DNA of 64,000 bases from Gemmatimonadota bacterium (GTDB taxonomy: Bacteria; Gemmatimonadota; Gemmatimonadetes; Gemmatimonadales; Gemmatimonadaceae): the NCBI GenBank assembly GCA_040389905.1, contig JAZJZK010000014.1:64001-128000 (forward strand), given 5' to 3'. Positions 1-9,754 of the stretch are shown one piece after another. Each line of letters starts with the position of its first letter. Position 1 is the first letter of the stretch. Under the pieces are notes generated by a model. That model did not search any database, was not told the origin of the DNA, and worked only from the letters and a program-made list of their open reading frames with translations. Position numbers and translations under genes: made by a program.

Positions 1-1644
1 GATCTCGGCGGTCCCAATGCGAACGCCTCCTGGATTCAATGTCGCATCGCTCCGGCCATGAATGACGAGCCCGCCGCGCTCCGTCAGCGTCGCCCAGTCG
101 CCATGACGCCACACGCCTGGGAAATGCTCGAAGTACGCGGCTCGGTACTTGGCGCCGTCTGGATCATTCCAGAACGACACGGGCATGCTGGGAAAAGGAG
201 CCGTGCACACCAGTTCTCCGGCACTATCCACCATCGCAATCCCTTCATCGTTCCACACCTCGACGCGCATCCCGAAACCGCGCGTCTGCAACTCACCCCG
301 ATGCACCGGCAACGTCGGGTCTCCGAGTGCGAAGCAGGAAATGATGTCCGTGCCACCGCTGATGCTGCTGAGGCACACATCGGACTTCACACTCGAATAC
401 ACATAGTCGTAGCTCTCCTCGGCGAGAGGACTGCCCGTGGAAAGGATCGTTCGCAGCGCCGAGAGGTCGTGCGTGTCGCGTGGTACGGTCCCTTCTTTTT
501 CGGTGAGCGCGATCCACTTCGCGCTCGTGCCGAACACACTCACGCGTTCGGCGGCGACGAGGTCCCAAAGCACGGGGCGACCGCGCAAGAGCGGCGCGCC
601 GTCGTACAACACGACAGTGCTGCCCACAGCGAGCGACGAGACGAGCCAGTTCCACATCATCCATCCGCACGTGGTGAAATAGAAAATGCGGTCAGCGCGA
701 GTCAGGTCAGTGTGCAGGACGAGTTCCTTCAGGTGCTGCACCAGCGTTCCTCCTGCACCGTGCACCATGCACTTGGGCAGGCCTGTGGTTCCGGACGAAT
801 ACATGATGTAGAGCGGATGATCGAATGGCAGTCGTTCGAAGGCGAGGGGCACGCCCGCGCCGCGCGCGAGCGCATCTGCCCACGAAACACCAATCTCGGA
901 TCCCGAGAGATCCATCCCGCCATCCGCGCGGTGCGGAACGACGACCAGCCGCTCGATGCTCGGCAGCAGTGGGAGAAACTCCATCACGCGCGCGAGCGAA
1001 TCGATCGTCTTCGCGCCGTAGCGATAGCCATCGGCCGCGATGAGAACGCGCGGCTCGATCTGCCCGAAGCGGTCCACGACTCCCATCGGTCCGAAATCCG
1101 GCGAGCATGATGACCACACCGCCCCGATCGACGCCGTCGCCAACATCGCGACAACAGCCTCGGGGATATTCGGCAGAAAACCAGCCACCCTGTCACCTGC
1201 GACGATACCTGACGCCCGCAGGTAGGCGGCAAAGCATGCAACGTCGTTCGTCAGTTGGGCAAAGGTGAGGCGACGCGATGCTCCCTGCTCCGTCCAGAGA
1301 ACGAGCGCCTCACGATCATCGGCATACCGGAGGAGGTTCTCGGCGAAATTCAGCCGCGCCCCGGCGAACCACACCGGTCCGAGCGTGGGGTCGGGCGGCG
1401 CCATTCGATGACCGCCCGTGAGCACTCGATTCCACGGTGGGTCACCGCCGTCCGCAATAATGCGGGTGAATCGCCACAGCGCCGCCCAGAACGCCTCCGG
1501 TTCCGCGATCGACCATTCGTAGAGCGTGGGGCTGTCGCAGACGTCGCTCCCACGCCCGCCAAGCGGTTGAACGTGATCGCGGATGAAACGCGTCACGTTG
1601 GCGCGCGCAACCTGGTCGGCGGAGGGAGTCCAAACGATCGTCAC
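1..1644 (-). CDS. Acetoacetate--CoA ligase (acyl-CoA synthetase family), 3' end runs off the window
   Basis: Absent from the ORF track because there is no stop in the window. Manual translation from GTG at 1644 gives MTIVWTPSADQVARANVTRFI; the window edge reads GLVIHGRSDATLNPGGVRIGTAEI, typical of acetoacetyl-CoA synthetases. Confidence 0.9.
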   Translation of the reverse strand, partial: MTIVWTPSADQVARANVTRFIRDHVQPLGGRGSDVCDSPTLYEWSIAEPEAFWAALWRFTRIIADGGDPPWNRVLTGGHRMAPPDPTLGPVWFAGARLNFAENLLRYADDREALVLWTEQGASRRLTFAQLTNDVACFAAYLRASGIVAGDRVAGFLPNIPEAVVAMLATASIGAVWSSCSPDFGPMGVVDRFGQIEPRVLIAADGYRYGAKTIDSLARVMEFLPLLPSIERLVVVPHRADGGMDLSGSEIGVSWADALARGAGVPLAFERLPFDHPLYIMYSSGTTGLPKCMVHGAGGTLVQHLKELVLHTDLTRADRIFYFTTCGWMMWNWLVSSLAVGSTVVLYDGAPLLRGRPVLWDLVAAERVSVFGTSAKWIALTEKEGTVPRDTHDLSALRTILSTGSPLAEESYDYVYSSVKSDVCLSSISGGTDIISCFALGDPTLPVHRGELQTRGFGMRVEVWNDEGIAMVDSAGELVCTAPFPSMPVSFWNDPDGAKYRAAYFEHFPGVWRHGDWATLTERGGLVIHGRSDATLNPGGVRIGTAEI

Positions 1645-1711
1645 GCCGAGAATATACCAGCCCGAGCGAAGTCGAGGTGACTACGAGATGCAATGCCCTG
1701 CGTGCTGTAAG

Positions 1712-1852
1712 CAGCTGTGACAGGTGCTCAGTGATCAGCCGCAGCCAACAGATTCTCAGGTGGTGTGGCGCTCTGGTGCATCGCACCCTTGTACGCCACA
1801 CCCCCTGTCGCTCCGCATTCTGCGGCTGGCTGCTGAGCACCTGGCACAACTG
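1712..1852. repeat. Long palindromic element, family 1, copy 1
   Basis: CAGCTGTGACAGGTGCTCAG ... CTGAGCACCTGGCACAACTG terminal inverted repeat (2 mismatches) with nested inner inverted repeats; similar to 14682-14823 and 11338-11408. Confidence 0.85.
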
Positions 1853-1895
1853 ACGTCCGGCGGCGCTCCATGATGCCGAGTTCGCGCCCTCGCTG

Positions 1896-4217
1896 TTATT
1901 TCGTGCGGACCAGCATGAACTGCAATGGTGTGCTCGGCGTCCCCCCGCCTGAGGTCAGCGTGAGCAATGACTCCCGTCCCGGAGGTACCGAGAATCGCAG
2001 ATACGCGGCCGAGCCTCCGCGAATCATCAGGTCGGTCTTCAAGTTGTCCGCAAGGTTCCCCACGACGAGCGGGTACATCGGAATGTTGAGGAACGTGGTC
2101 GTGAAAATGTCCCTGTAGTTCCAGCTCTTGTGCTGGTAACGCGGATCGACGGTGGGCAGGAAATCGTCGAGGTAATTCGCGACCGTCCAATCGCGGAACA
2201 GCGGAATCGGATCCGTTCCGAAGACCAGCTGAAGCGTCGCCATGCCCGTGACGGTCGAGTTGTCGAACCTCTGCCACATCGTCCCATCGGTCGTGCCGAG
2301 CCGGTCCGCGGCGTAGCGGAGGAATGACCAGGTGGCGCCGCGCGTCGCGAGGTCGTCGCCATTGGCAATTGGCGAGTTCACGCTGGGCGCGCGCAGATAT
2401 GACAGGAAACGCGAGAAGTTCGATGCGGCGTCGCCTTTCCAGAACCCGTACGTGGGCCTGTTGACGATGCGAATGTCATTGTCGTTGAGATTCAGACGCG
2501 GAGACAGCCCACTCTCGCGATAGTAGAGCAGTTCCTCGGCAATGTGGCTCAGTCCCTCGTTGAGCCAGACCTCCTCGTAGTCCGTTGCCGTGGTGTTGAC
2601 GAATGAACGGCGCGAGAAGTTGATCAGGTGCTGAAACTCATGGGCGATGATCCCCATCGTGAGGCTGTCCACGAATCCCACGGTGTGCGTCACCCCATTG
2701 ATGCCCGCGCCTGGCGCCGGCACCACCATGTAGAACATCTCCCCTTCGTTGCTGCCGGGGCAGTTGTCGGCCGTCACCGCCGCGACACGGGGCAGAAGGT
2801 CGCGCGGATTGAAGAAGCCGCCCACGAAGTATCCCGACTGCGACGTGACCATCTCGTTGACGATGCGCGTGAAGATGATCGCGACCCTGCCATTTGCATC
2901 GATGTCGCTCGGCGCGCCGAATGCTCCCGCGTCGAGAGGATAGACGAGTGTGTCGAACGTCGCCGCGAACCGTTGATAGTTGGCGGTCGTGAAACCGTCC
3001 GCAGGATTCAGCGTGTCCGAAAGAACGATGGATTTCGTTCCGATCGCTTCGACGCGCAGGCCGTGATTCACGGCGCCCGTGCAACTATTCGCACTTACGT
3101 TCAGATTGAGGAAATCACCAACCTTGGCATTGGCTGGAATCGCTGAGGCCGAGAGGGACATCGCGCCGCTGCCGGTAACCGAGCGGGACACCATCGAGCG
3201 CCGGGCTGCGCGCTCGCGGGCCAGCGCGCCCTTGTATCGCTGCTGGAATTCCTCCATCTGCCGGAGATGGAACGACTGATCGGGCATCCGTGCGGCGGTG
3301 GCGGCCGCGCTGATCGCGTCGCGAATGGCTAGCGCGCCCATGGACACCGGCTGCGCGTCGGTCGAGGGCGGGGCTCCTATTCCGTTGGCGACGACGGACG
3401 TCGTTGCCAGAATCGATTGGTCGATGGAGCTATTGAACGTGACGAGCGTGAATTCTGCGCCTGCCGCAGTGCCCGGAGCGCACACGTTCGTCTTGCCGCT
3501 ATAGGTCTGGATGTCCCCGACATTCATCGGGGTGGAGGTAGCGAGGCCTGTGCACAGCGTTGAACCTGCGGGAAGCACCGTCACAACCGTGGTATCGGCC
3601 TTTCCCGCGGACGACGAGATCACGAAGGTCGTGCCACCCAGGCGAAGGACGCGCACGAGTCCCGCTTGGTCGACACTCACGAGGGTGGCGTCCGTCGCCG
3701 AGTACGAGATCGCATTCGGGGCTGCGACATTTCCAAACTGGTCCTCGGCCGTCGCCGTCACGCGCGCTGTGTCGGAGACCGCGACGAAGCGGAGCGTCTT
3801 CGGCGTGACCGCCACCTTGGCTGCGGCAGCGGCGATAACCGTGATGTTCGCCGTTGCGGCTGTCGCCACGCCGGTCGCGGCGGCTCGAACGGTCGCGGCC
3901 CCCGCGACCGTACCGGCCGTGACGCTGGTGGAGGCGTTTCCCGACGCATCGGAGGTTCCGAACTGCGTACCTACCGAGGCGGAACCAGTCGCCGAGAAGG
4001 TCACTCCGACACCCGACACGGGATTCCCCTTCACGTCGCTGACCCTGACCGTGAAGGTGCCGGCAGAGCCGCCCGCTCCCACAGTTGGCGACGGCGTCGT
4101 CGTGATGAGAACCAGCGTGGGGGGACCCACGACCGTTGTCCCTGTGCCGTTGTCTGAACCGCACGCGGCGGTCACGGCAAGGGTCACGAGGAGAAGTGCG
4201 GAACGTAACCGAGTCAT
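1896..4217 (-). CDS. Lipoprotein zinc metalloprotease (gluzincin, M30/hyicolysin-like) with N-terminal Ig-like domains
   Basis: Likely start MTRLRSALLLVTLAVTAAC (lipobox); Big-like beta repeats; HEFQH followed by WLNEGLSH. The ORF-track extension to 4700 overlaps the upstream gene and is unlikely. Confidence 0.8.
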   Translation of the reverse strand: MTRLRSALLLVTLAVTAACGSDNGTGTTVVGPPTLVLITTTPSPTVGAGGSAGTFTVRVSDVKGNPVSGVGVTFSATGSASVGTQFGTSDASGNASTSVTAGTVAGAATVRAAATGVATAATANITVIAAAAAKVAVTPKTLRFVAVSDTARVTATAEDQFGNVAAPNAISYSATDATLVSVDQAGLVRVLRLGGTTFVISSSAGKADTTVVTVLPAGSTLCTGLATSTPMNVGDIQTYSGKTNVCAPGTAAGAEFTLVTFNSSIDQSILATTSVVANGIGAPPSTDAQPVSMGALAIRDAISAAATAARMPDQSFHLRQMEEFQQRYKGALARERAARRSMVSRSVTGSGAMSLSASAIPANAKVGDFLNLNVSANSCTGAVNHGLRVEAIGTKSIVLSDTLNPADGFTTANYQRFAATFDTLVYPLDAGAFGAPSDIDANGRVAIIFTRIVNEMVTSQSGYFVGGFFNPRDLLPRVAAVTADNCPGSNEGEMFYMVVPAPGAGINGVTHTVGFVDSLTMGIIAHEFQHLINFSRRSFVNTTATDYEEVWLNEGLSHIAEELLYYRESGLSPRLNLNDNDIRIVNRPTYGFWKGDAASNFSRFLSYLRAPSVNSPIANGDDLATRGATWSFLRYAADRLGTTDGTMWQRFDNSTVTGMATLQLVFGTDPIPLFRDWTVANYLDDFLPTVDPRYQHKSWNYRDIFTTTFLNIPMYPLVVGNLADNLKTDLMIRGGSAAYLRFSVPPGRESLLTLTSGGGTPSTPLQFMLVRTK

Positions 4218-4222
4218 CTGTC

Positions 4223-5968
4223 TCACTTTGTCCTGACGACGACCAACTGAAGATTCGGATTCGCGACGCCGCCCGGTGCGCTGAGCGTGAGCGTGATCGA
4301 ACCGCTTGCGGAGAGGGTAAAGCGGTAGAACACAGCACCACCGGCCAGCACCGAGGAATTGAAGGTGCTGTTGATCGGCAGCGTCGGATTGTTGAGCGGA
4401 TACGGTGACAAAATCGTGCCGACGTTCGGATAGATGCTGTGCCAGTTCCAGCTTCGCTGCTGGTACTGCGTGTTCACCGACGCGACGTCGTCCACTGCCT
4501 GCGATACCGACCAGTCGCGAACGAAGCCAGCGATATCGGTTCCGAAGATGCTCTGGAGGTTCGCCATGCCGACGCTCTGGTTGTTCACGAGCCTGTACCA
4601 GAGTTCGGCGTCGGTTGCGGCGGTCGCACCGGCATAGGTCTCGGTCGATGCGGCCCTGCTGAACGTGGCCGGCGCAGGGAAGCGCTGCGTGGCATACCAC
4701 GCGCGAGCGGCGGCGAACAGCGGCGTGAGTTCCGCTCGCTCCCGAGTGTGCCGGCGCGATTCCATCGCGTCGTCGAGACGAAGCGTCGTCTCACCGTCGG
4801 TGCGCGCTTCCGGCCGCGCATCCATCGACGCGCTTGGGACGGAAACGGCGTTGACCGATGCGTTCTTGAGTGTGAAGTTCGTCGAGGGGCCGCCGACGAG
4901 CGATGTGTTGACGATGACGAGTGCATATTCTCCCAGTGTGGGGCCCGCGGAAATCGTCAGCTCGCCCGCGCCGGTGAGCGTGTTCGTGTTGACCGCCGTC
5001 GGTACATCCGTCGCGTTGACGCGATCCACGGCATACCGGAGAAAGGACCACGCGGCGCCGCGTGTCGCAAGCGAATCGTCGAGGCCGTAGGGAGAATTCG
5101 TCGAGGGTGCCGTGAGATAACTCTTCAGCCGCGACGCGTTCGCCGACATGTCGAGGTTATATGCGGTCCGCGATGCGTTCGTGGTGCGAAGCGCGTTGAT
5201 GTCCAGGTTGGCGCGCGAGCTCAATTGGCTCTCGCGATAGAACAACAGTTCCTCGGCAACATGCGCGAGTCCCTCGTCGAGCCACTTTTCCTCAAAGGCC
5301 GGCGTGACGTTCACGTAGAGGCGGCGCGATGCATTGATGATGTGCTCGAGCTCGTGGGCCAGGACGGACGTCGTCGCGGAATCCACGAAGCCCTTCGGCC
5401 GCGGGTTGCCGTTGATTTCACCGAGCGGATCGGGGGCGAGGGCGTAGAAGTATTCGCCCTGGTTGCTCCCTTGGCATGCCTGCGCCCGCGGCGTTCCGGC
5501 ATTGGGAAACAGGTCGCGCGAGAACGCCAGCCCACCCGTGTAGGATGCCGACTTCGTGGGTGTGAGCTCATTGATCGCGCGCGTGAACACGATCGCGATT
5601 CGGCCATTCTTGTCGATATCCGTCGGCTCGCCAAAGTTCGCGACGTCGATCGGATAGACCAGTGAGTCAAAGCGCGCGGCGTATTTCTCGAAGTCTGCGG
5701 TCGTGAAGCCGTTCTTCGGGTTCAGCGTGTCGCTGTAGATGATCGACTTCGTTCCGATGGCCATGACGCGCGCCCCGTGATAGACGGGATTCGTGCAGGG
5801 GTCGAGGGGGTTGACGTTCAGCGACATCAGGTCCCCGACGTTTTTTGGCCCCGATGGGTTCTGGATTGGCTCGCTCGTGGACGGCCCCGTGCCGTCACCA
5901 CATGCAGTGAAAGTGACCAGCGCGAATACGGTGGAGATGGCCTTTCGGGTGGTGTGACGAGCCGGCAT
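4223..5968 (-). CDS. Paralogous lipoprotein zinc metalloprotease with a 132-aa internal insertion
   Basis: MPARHTTRKAISTVFALVTFTAC lipobox; HELEH...WLDEGLAH; aligns with the 1896-4217 product and shares its C-terminus (VRTK). Confidence 0.8.
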   Translation of the reverse strand: MPARHTTRKAISTVFALVTFTACGDGTGPSTSEPIQNPSGPKNVGDLMSLNVNPLDPCTNPVYHGARVMAIGTKSIIYSDTLNPKNGFTTADFEKYAARFDSLVYPIDVANFGEPTDIDKNGRIAIVFTRAINELTPTKSASYTGGLAFSRDLFPNAGTPRAQACQGSNQGEYFYALAPDPLGEINGNPRPKGFVDSATTSVLAHELEHIINASRRLYVNVTPAFEEKWLDEGLAHVAEELLFYRESQLSSRANLDINALRTTNASRTAYNLDMSANASRLKSYLTAPSTNSPYGLDDSLATRGAAWSFLRYAVDRVNATDVPTAVNTNTLTGAGELTISAGPTLGEYALVIVNTSLVGGPSTNFTLKNASVNAVSVPSASMDARPEARTDGETTLRLDDAMESRRHTRERAELTPLFAAARAWYATQRFPAPATFSRAASTETYAGATAATDAELWYRLVNNQSVGMANLQSIFGTDIAGFVRDWSVSQAVDDVASVNTQYQQRSWNWHSIYPNVGTILSPYPLNNPTLPINSTFNSSVLAGGAVFYRFTLSASGSITLTLSAPGGVANPNLQLVVVRTK

Positions 5969-6154
5969 TCGTAGGCGAGGTGGGGAAGGTTCAGTCCGCG
6001 TCGGCGCGGGGAAACTCGACGGCACACAGATTGTCGTCATGCAGACTGGACACGGCAGGACGACGTCACCCGATCCATTGTGTTAAACCGTGGCGAGGTG
6101 GCGGTTCCTCCGGCGGTGGCCGGCATCCGCTCAACCTCCCAGGCGGCGGCCCCG

Positions 6155-8218
6155 TCACGACGCCGCTGACTCCGCTATCCCAGGGAATCTTCCACTCACG
6201 CGTACCCCGCAGAATAGCAAATCTTCGCATTCCCGGGCTGTGATTGGGCGCACAAGGAGGTATCCCTGCCATTCCTCGCAGCGCTGGTCCACGAAGAACT
6301 GGAGTTGCTCAGGGCGTTCAATGCCTTCCGCGATCACGTTCACGCCCAGGGTGAGTCCAAGCGTGATGACTGCGGCAGCGATGGCGCTGTCGTCCGTGTT
6401 GTCCGGAACGCCCTGCACAAAACTCCGGTCGATCTTCAGTGAGTCGATGGGGAACAGGCGCAGGGCGCTCAATGACGAGTAGCCTGTGCCAAGATCATCG
6501 ATGGAAACCCGGACTCCGCGCGCCTTGAGCGCACGGAGGTTGTCCACTGCCCGCCCACTCGATCGCATGGCGATACTTTCTGTAATCTCGAGCTCGAGGG
6601 ACGTGGACGGCAGCCCGGTTTCCGCGAGGATGGCGTCGACCCGAGCTACGAGATCCGGATGTTGAAGTTGTCGCACCGACAGATTCACCGCGGCGCGCAA
6701 CTGGCGGTGCCCGCGCTCACGCCATGCCTGGACCTGTGTGCACGCCGTGCGCAGGACCCATTCACCCATCACGACGATCGCGCCCGTCGCCTCAGCGAGG
6801 GAGATGAAGTCCGCAGGCATGAGCAGTCCGCGCTGCGGGTGATTCCAGCGGACGAGCGCTTCGACGGCGGTGATGTCTCCGGTGCGCGACTGGACGATGG
6901 GTTGGTAGTAGACGACCAACTGCTCCAGCTCGACAGCGTGCTGGAGATTGCTTTCAAGGCCGATCTGCTCGAGCGTTGCCCCGCCCACTTCCGGCATGTA
7001 TCGCTCGACGTTGTCACGCCCCTGGGCTTTCGCGCGGTACATCGCTGCGTCCGCCGTCTTGAGCAGGCTCTCCGGATCGGTGGCATCCTGCGGAAAGAGA
7101 CTGATGCCGAGGCTCGTGGTGACGAACAACTCCTGCCCTTCGACGATGATCGGTCGCTTGACCGCGGCAATGATCCGTTCGGCGAGCATGACGGCGTCAT
7201 CCGGGCTATGTACGGTCGTTGCCAGGACGGCGAACTCGTCGCCACCGAGCCGTGTGACGGAGTCCTCGCCGCGCACGGTGGTCCGAATGCGTTCGGCGAC
7301 GGTCTGGAGGAGCGTGTCGCCCGCGGCATGTCCGAGCGAATCGTTGACGATCTTGAAGCGGTCGAGGTCGAGAAACAACACCGCAGACATCGTCCCGTTG
7401 CGGCGCGCGTGGTGTAGCGCCATGCCGAGCTGGTTGAGAAAGAGCTGTCGGTTGGGCAGTCCGGTGAGCGAATCGTGATACGCAATCCGTTCGATGCGCG
7501 CTGCCGCGTCCATCGTCGCCTGACGCTCTTCCTCGAGTAGCCAGATGACGAGCCCCATCGCAAGCGCGACGTAGAGGATCAGATCGACGAACCCGAGGCT
7601 GGCGAGGTATACGGGATAGCGAAGGCGGAGAGCCGCCGACCCCGCCACGCCGAGGAAGTTTCCCTGCTGAAGAGCCAGGCCGAAGAACGCGCTCATGACG
7701 ACACGCCGGCCAATGCCCCTGGCAATACTGGGCGCTCGGCGAATGAGCACACCCCCGATCGCGAAGGCGACACCGACAGCAATGCGGCGCACGGCGACGC
7801 GAAGGATGAAGAACAGCTCGCGCGGCTGTGTGTCCCAGGCATTCGCGATGACGAGCGCGGCGCCAAGCAGCGTGAACCCGGCGATCAGCAGCTTCGTCGT
7901 CCGCGCTGGGAAGGTACGCCCCGAGGTCAGCTCGGCGGTGCCCAGCACCAGCCAGCCAATTTGCAGATACCCCGCGATTCCTGACGCGAACGCCAGCGCG
8001 AAGCGAACGGGGTTGTTGATGGGAAACCACTCGGAGAGCACCAGTGCGCCCGCGCCGGCTCCGGCGTGCACGGCGAGCGCGACCCAACTCCACGTCCAAT
8101 GCCGGAGGAATGGGCGCCAATACCGGCGCAGCAGTCCTCCGTACACGAACGCTATGAGAACGGCAACACCGGACTGTGCGAACAATCCGGCGACGGACAG
8201 CCAATTGGACAGCGTCAT
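6155..8218 (-). CDS. Membrane-anchored diguanylate cyclase/phosphodiesterase (multi-TM + GGDEF + EAL)
   Basis: About 7 hydrophobic segments, HDSLTGLPNR, RLGGDEF, VEALVRW, DDLGTGYSS. Confidence 0.92.
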   Translation of the reverse strand: MTLSNWLSVAGLFAQSGVAVLIAFVYGGLLRRYWRPFLRHWTWSWVALAVHAGAGAGALVLSEWFPINNPVRFALAFASGIAGYLQIGWLVLGTAELTSGRTFPARTTKLLIAGFTLLGAALVIANAWDTQPRELFFILRVAVRRIAVGVAFAIGGVLIRRAPSIARGIGRRVVMSAFFGLALQQGNFLGVAGSAALRLRYPVYLASLGFVDLILYVALAMGLVIWLLEEERQATMDAAARIERIAYHDSLTGLPNRQLFLNQLGMALHHARRNGTMSAVLFLDLDRFKIVNDSLGHAAGDTLLQTVAERIRTTVRGEDSVTRLGGDEFAVLATTVHSPDDAVMLAERIIAAVKRPIIVEGQELFVTTSLGISLFPQDATDPESLLKTADAAMYRAKAQGRDNVERYMPEVGGATLEQIGLESNLQHAVELEQLVVYYQPIVQSRTGDITAVEALVRWNHPQRGLLMPADFISLAEATGAIVVMGEWVLRTACTQVQAWRERGHRQLRAAVNLSVRQLQHPDLVARVDAILAETGLPSTSLELEITESIAMRSSGRAVDNLRALKARGVRVSIDDLGTGYSSLSALRLFPIDSLKIDRSFVQGVPDNTDDSAIAAAVITLGLTLGVNVIAEGIERPEQLQFFVDQRCEEWQGYLLVRPITARECEDLLFCGVRVSGRFPGIAESAAS

Positions 8219-8358
8219 CAATTGATGAATGGGAGTGCGCCAGCGGGAATTCGCGGTCAGCCGGCTTCGGCTGTTGCGACTGGCTGGGGCACGAGAATAA
8301 GGTAGAGTTAGCGTGCGTCGTCCGCGAGCCCGCGCTCATTCCGAAAGAGCCACCGTCA

Positions 8359-8562
8359 ATGCCGATCTCGAGCCGCTATCGCGATCCGATCCTGGAACAG
8401 ATCGCCCGCGACACCTTCGCCCTCTTTCCGCACTGCTACCTGTGCGGCCTCCAGATCGAACGATTCGAAGACGCCGACGTCCGCGTTCACGTGCAGCGAG
8501 TCGTTCATCGCGAAGGGTGTCCCACACCGGCGGTCGTCGAAACGACGCTCCCGCCGGAGTGA
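8359..8562 (+). CDS. Small hypothetical protein, putative zinc-binding
   Basis: 67-aa ORF filling an intergenic gap; CYLC...HREGC motif. Confidence 0.55.
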   Translation: MPISSRYRDPILEQIARDTFALFPHCYLCGLQIERFEDADVRVHVQRVVHREGCPTPAVVETTLPPE

Positions 8563-8571
8563 GGCGGAGTC

Positions 8572-9309
8572 TCAGCTCCGGAGCGCGCCCAGGAGTGGGA
8601 CGAGCGCTCCGAGGAACCACAGGATGACTGCGCCAATCGCGGCCTGCGACCGGGACACCTTCCCCGTCACGGAGAGGCCGATCGCAAGCAGCACGGTCGT
8701 CCAGATCGTGAAGACATCGATACGGCCGACGAGGGCCAAGACGATCTTCGACGATGTGTCCGGATCCATGAAGCGCGACACACCGAGCTTCAAGCTGTTG
8801 AGGCTGGTCAGACTCGAGGGATCGAGCACCAGCAGCTGAACTCCATTCAGCACGGCCTCGAGGATGCGCGGGACATATGAAAACGATGCAACCATGACGG
8901 CGGCTCCCAAGGTCTGCTTCGCGCCGACAAATTTGCCGCAGACCCAGAGGAACAATCCGATCAAGAGGAGGGCGATTGGGATGAAAATGACTCCGCCGAA
9001 GAGCGCGATCTTTTCACCGATCGCCCTCCCCTTTTCCATCATCTCCGCGGTCATCTGCGGATTGGCCTTCATCATGGCCTCGGTCTGACGCGAAAACTCC
9101 GCGTCCAGAATGGGCTGCATCGCGCCGTGGTTTGCCAGGGCGATCGCACTGATCAGCAGCGTGACGACCAACATCGGAATACCGAAGCCGCTGTCTTTTC
9201 GCCGCTCGAAGACGGAACTCGGCGCGTAGAAAATGTCGATGTAGTCTTCCCACCACGAAGCCGGCTTGACCGGCTCCGGTGGTGCGATGGACTCTGATTG
9301 TTCGCTCAT
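8572..9309 (-). CDS. Yip1 family membrane protein
   Basis: DIFYAPSSVF N-terminal motif and about 5 TM helices. Confidence 0.8.
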   Translation of the reverse strand: MSEQSESIAPPEPVKPASWWEDYIDIFYAPSSVFERRKDSGFGIPMLVVTLLISAIALANHGAMQPILDAEFSRQTEAMMKANPQMTAEMMEKGRAIGEKIALFGGVIFIPIALLLIGLFLWVCGKFVGAKQTLGAAVMVASFSYVPRILEAVLNGVQLLVLDPSSLTSLNSLKLGVSRFMDPDTSSKIVLALVGRIDVFTIWTTVLLAIGLSVTGKVSRSQAAIGAVILWFLGALVPLLGALRS

Positions 9310-9391
9310 GAGTTCCCGAGGTAGAAGTCAGGTTGGACCGCGCTCTATTCTGTTGCTCCTCATCGCCCAGCGCAACGGACAGCGCGCGCCG

Positions 9392-9739
9392 TTACACAGG
9401 TTCGATGTACACGGCGGTACCATAACAGAGCACTTCAGTGATGCCCGGCATCAATTCCGTGGCGTCGTAGCGAAGTCCGATAATGGCGTTGCCACCGAGT
9501 TCCCCCCCGTGGGAGATCATGATCTGGAAGGCGTCCATGCGCGCCTGTTCGCACAGATTGACGAGCAGGGTGATGTTTCCCCCGAAGAACGCCTGAAACT
9601 TGACGCCGATCACGCCGAGCACGGACCGCGACCGGACGGTGATGCCGCGCACGACACCCAGCGTTCGAACAACGCGGTAGCCGGGGAACTCCAGACCTGT
9701 GGTGGCGTACGGGGTTTCGTACTTCTGAACTGGGCTCAC
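9392..9739 (-). CDS. YbjQ/UPF0145 family protein
   Basis: LGVVRGITVRSR...GGNAIIGLRYD...EVLCYGTAV signature. Confidence 0.9.
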   Translation of the reverse strand: MSPVQKYETPYATTGLEFPGYRVVRTLGVVRGITVRSRSVLGVIGVKFQAFFGGNITLLVNLCEQARMDAFQIMISHGGELGGNAIIGLRYDATELMPGITEVLCYGTAVYIEPV

Positions 9740-9754
9740 GGTGTCCTCCCGGGG

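Noticed and set aside
58..1680. Plus-strand ORFs of 350 and 141 aa
   Set aside because: Antisense shadows of the acetoacetate-CoA ligase; no recognisable motifs.
4218..4700. N-terminal extension of the 934-aa ORF
   Set aside because: Overlaps the upstream protease in another frame; the lipoprotein signal begins at 4217.
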